A stretch of DNA of 62,600 nt, counting the filler, from Collodictyon triciliatum (Eukaryota), in the NCBI GenBank assembly GCA_043381765.1. It is 4 parts of 4 records of this genome, joined end to end, with 100 filler letters (N's around TTAATTAATTAA, not from the genome) between each part and the next. Parts side by side here need not be neighbours in the genome. Positions count along the whole stretch, not along the records: positions 37,262 to 57,043 come from JBHJMP010000159.1; positions 57,144 to 62,600 come from JBHJMP010000167.1; 2 more parts are not named here. One strand, written 5' to 3'. The notes below the pieces were generated by a model. It did no database searches. It saw only the letters and a program-made list of their open reading frames with translations, and was not told the DNA's origin. Shown in pieces: positions 53,850 through 62,600 of this stretch. How positions within the stretch are numbered: the stretch's first letter is position 1; every line of letters starts with the position of its first letter. The position numbers were made by a program, and so were the translations under genes.

Positions 53850-54710
53850 CACCATCCAACCTCTATTTCAGAGATACCACCATAAATGCTTGACATGTCC
53901 ACCCCGTCAGTGATTGAGTTGTACAGAGCATTCTAGACTCGTGGGTCATTTATTATTGCGAACCAAACAGGATGTCAGATGCGCTGAGTCGGTTGGGAGC
54001 ATAATCAAGCTCAGAGAGCATCTTGTGGGTCAATTCTGTCACTTTTTGAGCCAGGGAGCACTTCACAAATGTGTGTTTGATAGAGTCATCTCCACTATGG
54101 CACATGGTGCATTCTGGCGAGGTCATTGCTGCATGGACTACGCGCGCACCTATCCACAGCTCTCTGTTGGAGATATTGAGCAGTAGGAGCGGTGGTTGGG
54201 AAGTAGCTGGTATATGCTGGCTTGCTTCCAGCTTTGTAATTTTTGACTTTTCCTAGTGATGAAGTTGCGGCAGATGTCTTCCAGCTCCTTCAGCCTTTGG
54301 GGATTCAGCACAGTGCCTATCATGTTGTAGATAAGGGTCGACAGCATCACTTGGTTCCACAACCTTACTTTCCCCACGTCCGAGAGATGAAAGTTGCTCC
54401 ACACTGATATTTTCGACTTGATGTCCTCAACCAGGCTTGTCCATATGCTATCCGATTGTGGACCGAATATGATAACAAGATACTTGAGTGGATGTCAAGG
54501 TGGCTTCCACACAATGTTCCCTGGAAACATAACTCCATCCTGAAACCCAAAAAGAATTTGCATTTGTCTTGTCGTAGTTGATATTCCCGCCGACAGCTCG
54601 TGTGTATTCTTGCATGCATTTGTTGGCGAGTGTGGCGCCTTCGAGAGACCGCATGATGAATGCTGTGTCGTCTGCATATTGAAGTAGCAGTTGGTTGCAT
54701 ACCTTGTTTT
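53850..54710 (-). mobile_element. Degenerate, 5'-truncated non-LTR (L1/Tx1-like) retrotransposon ORF2 fragment
   Basis: Minus-strand LQYADDTAF (YADD at 54667-54678), GGNINYDKT, LKYLV (YLG-like), HLSDVGKVRLWNQVMLS and a CCHC finger CTMCHSGDDSIKHTFVKC at about 54060-54115. Frameshifts and stops are present, and there are no introns. Confidence 0.8.
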
Positions 54711-54989
54711 CGTTTCGGAAGTGGTTTGAAAGGTAGCAAGCCCTTAAACTTAAAATGCACCAAGATTAACTTTTTGTACAAAAAAAAAGCTCAAAGATTG
54801 CACCCTAAGCGACAGCAGTCGAAAATATCTAATTATCAAAGTATTTTTGTTCGACCAGTTGCAAGGCATATCTAAATAAATCGGGTTAAAAATCTATAGA
54901 GAGCTATGCGTATTTTCATTTAATTTCAGAATCTTCACTTCATTCCAAAAATTAGATTCTTCGATTTTTATCATCCTTGTGAGACCTCA

Positions 54990-56930
54990 TCATAAAATGC
55001 CTCGTGCCCACCCCATCATCCCTCTTCAGATAAAATCATATAGATTATCGATGTTCTGCACCAAGTAGATGTACTTCAAATCTTTATTTTTTTTTTGTTG
55101 GGTGCATTGGCACATCAATTTCAAGCAGACTGGTCCCAATGAAGCTCAAGACGTATGATAGTGGATTTCTCCACTAATCAGATCTCGAATCTTTCTTTTT
55201 GCAATCAGTTGAACTTTGTCGCTTCTAAGTATTTTGCAGACTTTTTAATAAAAACTATTACAACAATTAAAAATAAACGCTGAGTAATTACTTCAACCGG
55301 TTTCATGTTTTCTTCCTCTCCAGCGATGGTATTGCGAAGCTTATGTAACATGTTTGTTGTGTTGTCAATGACAAATTTACTAGCTTCCACGGCTCCTGTC
55401 TGAATGCTTTGCAGCACTGTTCCATTTTCTGATTCTCCGTTTTGGGTGCTCTATCCGATATAGATGCCGACGGTTTCAATTTAGAATAGAATAAATACTT
55501 GCGATTTGTGGGGGGTTCGTATCAATATCGTAATCACGAGACAATAGTACCATTGAGCTAGACTTTCCAAGATCATTGAAATCACCACAGTCGCTCTTAG
55601 ACGATGATTTCGATTGTGCCTGCTTGAATATATTATTGGATCCCATTTATATTTGTGAGCTCATCGTAATACAGTAATGAAGATCAAGAGTTTAATGAAC
55701 CTGATTGCAATCATTCTTTGGAGAGTTGCCCCATTCTTGTTTCGACTGACCAGAGTTGCGAGTATGCTTATCAACCTCCGAGAACTTGTCTTGCTTTCCT
55801 TGCTGGTACTGTTCCGAAGAAGGTTTTTTAGAAGAACTGGCCGAATTGAAATGTTTATTGAATTCGTGGCCATGTTTCTCATCTTTCTTGGTGTCAGCAT
55901 TCAGCATATCCTCAATATCCTAATCAGAATATATTTATCAAAAAAAATTCTGTGAAAATTGTCCTTTGTGTTGATTTTTTTTTCACTACTCAGTCTACAT
56001 TCATAAGTAACTTCAATACCACATTCCTAGTATTTAGTGCCGACGATGTTTTGGTGGTTGCAGCCTTATCCAGAGGGGTCTTCCATCCTTTATTGAGACC
56101 CTATTACATTTATATTATTTAATCGCCCCTATCGATAGTTATGGAATTATTTTCCAAAAAATATTACTAAGGAATCATGATGTTTCGATTCGTCCATATT
56201 TGAAGATCCTTCTCCAAGGTTGTTTGACGAATGAAGATTGCTTTGCTTGAAAGACGTCGTAGAGTTGTGCAATCCATTTGTAGAGATAGAGGGGCTATCG
56301 ACACTTTTTTTCATATCTCTGTCTCCATTATTGGTAGGCGTTGATTCTTTGTGGGGTGGATTTGAATGCGTCGAAGACTACGAAATTGTTTTCTCTTAGG
56401 AGCAACTTTTTCTGTAAACGACACACTGAAATAGATTCACCAAAATGACTATATTCTTATATCATACTATTTTTTTTACGAGATAAAGGTTGGAAATGAC
56501 ATCTCCATTGCTTATCCATATGCCCCTTCATCTATTGTGGTTTCATACCTTGGAAGATGACCCCAAATGGTCATACATTCGACTAACTTCCTTCTCCGTT
56601 TTCTCCTACAAAGCACGATATTTAAAATACGTTTTCTTCCTTATTCAATTGTTATGCACTCTACCAATTTCGAATCTTGATGAGAGGGGGTTGACTTTTG
56701 AAAACCAGTAGAAGCCGGCTCAAAACTAGGTTTTTGAGAATCGGCCGTCGAGGAAGCTGTGCTACGTTTCCCATATTCCCCTCCTTTCCAAGTTGTATCA
56801 GCAAGGTAACGAAGCTGAAAATTACGAGCCAAACGTCCCTTACGGAAGATGATGCTGGAAATATAGTTCATCTTGACGAAAAGAAGCGTATTATCTCCTG
56901 GGGATTGTCTTTCTGATGTTCTTGATTATT
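54990..56930 (-). CDS. 3' portion of an unidentified Ser/Asn-rich low-complexity protein
   Basis: Multiple GT-AG exons. A phase-consistent end reads ..NTIAGEEENMKPVE|IRDLISGEIHYHT|GMMGWARGIL*. The 5' end is lost at the gap. Confidence 0.5.
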
Positions 56931-56989
56931 GTAATACTATATTAGTATACTCGTAAAATCTCCCTTAATGTAATTTTATATGATTTTCC

Positions 56990-57043
<54 letters not shown>

Positions 57044-57143
57044 NNNNNNNNNNNNNNNNNNNNNNNNNNNNNNNNNNNNNNNNNNNNTTAATTAATTAAN
57101 NNNNNNNNNNNNNNNNNNNNNNNNNNNNNNNNNNNNNNNNNNN
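57044..57143. other. Assembly gap with artificial TTAATTAATTAA linker
   Basis: Linker at 57088-57099. Confidence 0.95.
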
Positions 57144-57903
57144 GGCTTGAGAGCCTCGTGCAATACAGCTTCCTGAACAGCCTGCTGAAACACGCCCGCA
57201 TTCTTCGCTACTCTGACCGCAAGCGAAGAGAGATGTGGGAATGTATCGTAAGATATCTCCCACAGCATATCCAACCCCTGCTGTCCACGCAACCAATCAA
57301 CCAGTTGGGCCGCCCACCTGACCAACTCGCTATCACTGATTTCTTTCCAGTGCTACCCTCTCCACGGTAGTGTCTTTCCTACTCATATTTGCTCTTGCCA
57401 AGGACTTTGGTGGCCTTTCTGCTCATACATGAAATGAAATAAAAAATAGACGAACCATTGAGGTGTCCCCCTCAGGTATTCTCTCTTATTGATGGCTCTA
57501 TTAACATTATTAGTATAAATTCCAGATATGAGTAAAAGAATTGCGTTGCCAGCCAAATTCACTGAGCGTTCGATGCACAAGTTCCAAAAGTGGGACAAAC
57601 CTTAAATTCGCCACAGCCACGCCTATGTCTACGCAAGGGATGACGCTGGCAGCCACATCACCGGGTGAGTCACGGCGGGAAAAATCGTTGGTCGCAGAAG
57701 TCGTCCGAATGCGATCGCGTCGCACACTGCGCACGGCTCATGCGACTCGTCGTCATCCTCCGCGGCAGACGCCCACGGGCAGTCGGAGAGATTGGACGAT
57801 ATATGGTTCGGCCATGGTCTCCCGTTCGCGCGGTAGTGGCTACGCGATTTGCTGCGCCATTGAGATGTGAAACTGGTGGGTGCTTTGCTGTTTGGGCCAC
57901 ATC

Positions 57904-58541
<638 letters not shown>

Positions 58542-58644
58542 GTGCAGCTGATGAAAACAAAGACGAGCCACAAGTATTATTTCTCATCAATTCATGGCCT
58601 TGATATTGATCTTTGCCTGTGTATTCAATCTAACACTGAGCTTG

Positions 58645-62490
<3,846 letters not shown>

Positions 62491-62502
62491 ATATGTATAA
62501 CT

Positions 62503-62517
62503 TATTATTATTATTAT

Positions 62518-62600
<83 letters not shown>
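62503..62600. repeat. (TTA)n/(AAT)n microsatellite at the window end
   Basis: Directly visible. Confidence 0.9.

Overview
This is AT-rich, intron-dense eukaryotic (protist-like) genomic DNA from a draft assembly, with microsatellite-filled introns, N-gaps and three artificial N-TTAATTAATTAA-N contig linkers. Spliced genes were reconstructed by eye, so exon edges are approximate. In order: mitochondrial trans-2-enoyl-CoA reductase (MECR), an ATAD2/Yta7-like AAA-bromodomain ATPase, an unidentified 3' gene fragment, the 5' half of a cyclic-nucleotide-gated/KCNH-type channel, a small LRR protein, an MLO-family membrane protein, an N-acylated ankyrin-repeat protein, an Sfi1-like centrin binder, a myosin with about 5 IQ motifs, a Gap1/IqgC-type RasGAP, a Ser-rich unknown gene and a TBC1D15/Gyp7-like RabGAP that runs off the window. 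The most notable element is intergenic at about 16.56-17.49 kb. It is a decayed Fanzor (eukaryotic TnpB-derived RNA-guided nuclease) locus, largely missed by the ORF track, followed by a strongly structured segment where the omegaRNA scaffold and element right end are expected. A 5'-truncated LINE retrotransposon relic (YADD plus CCHC finger) lies at about 53.85-54.71 kb.
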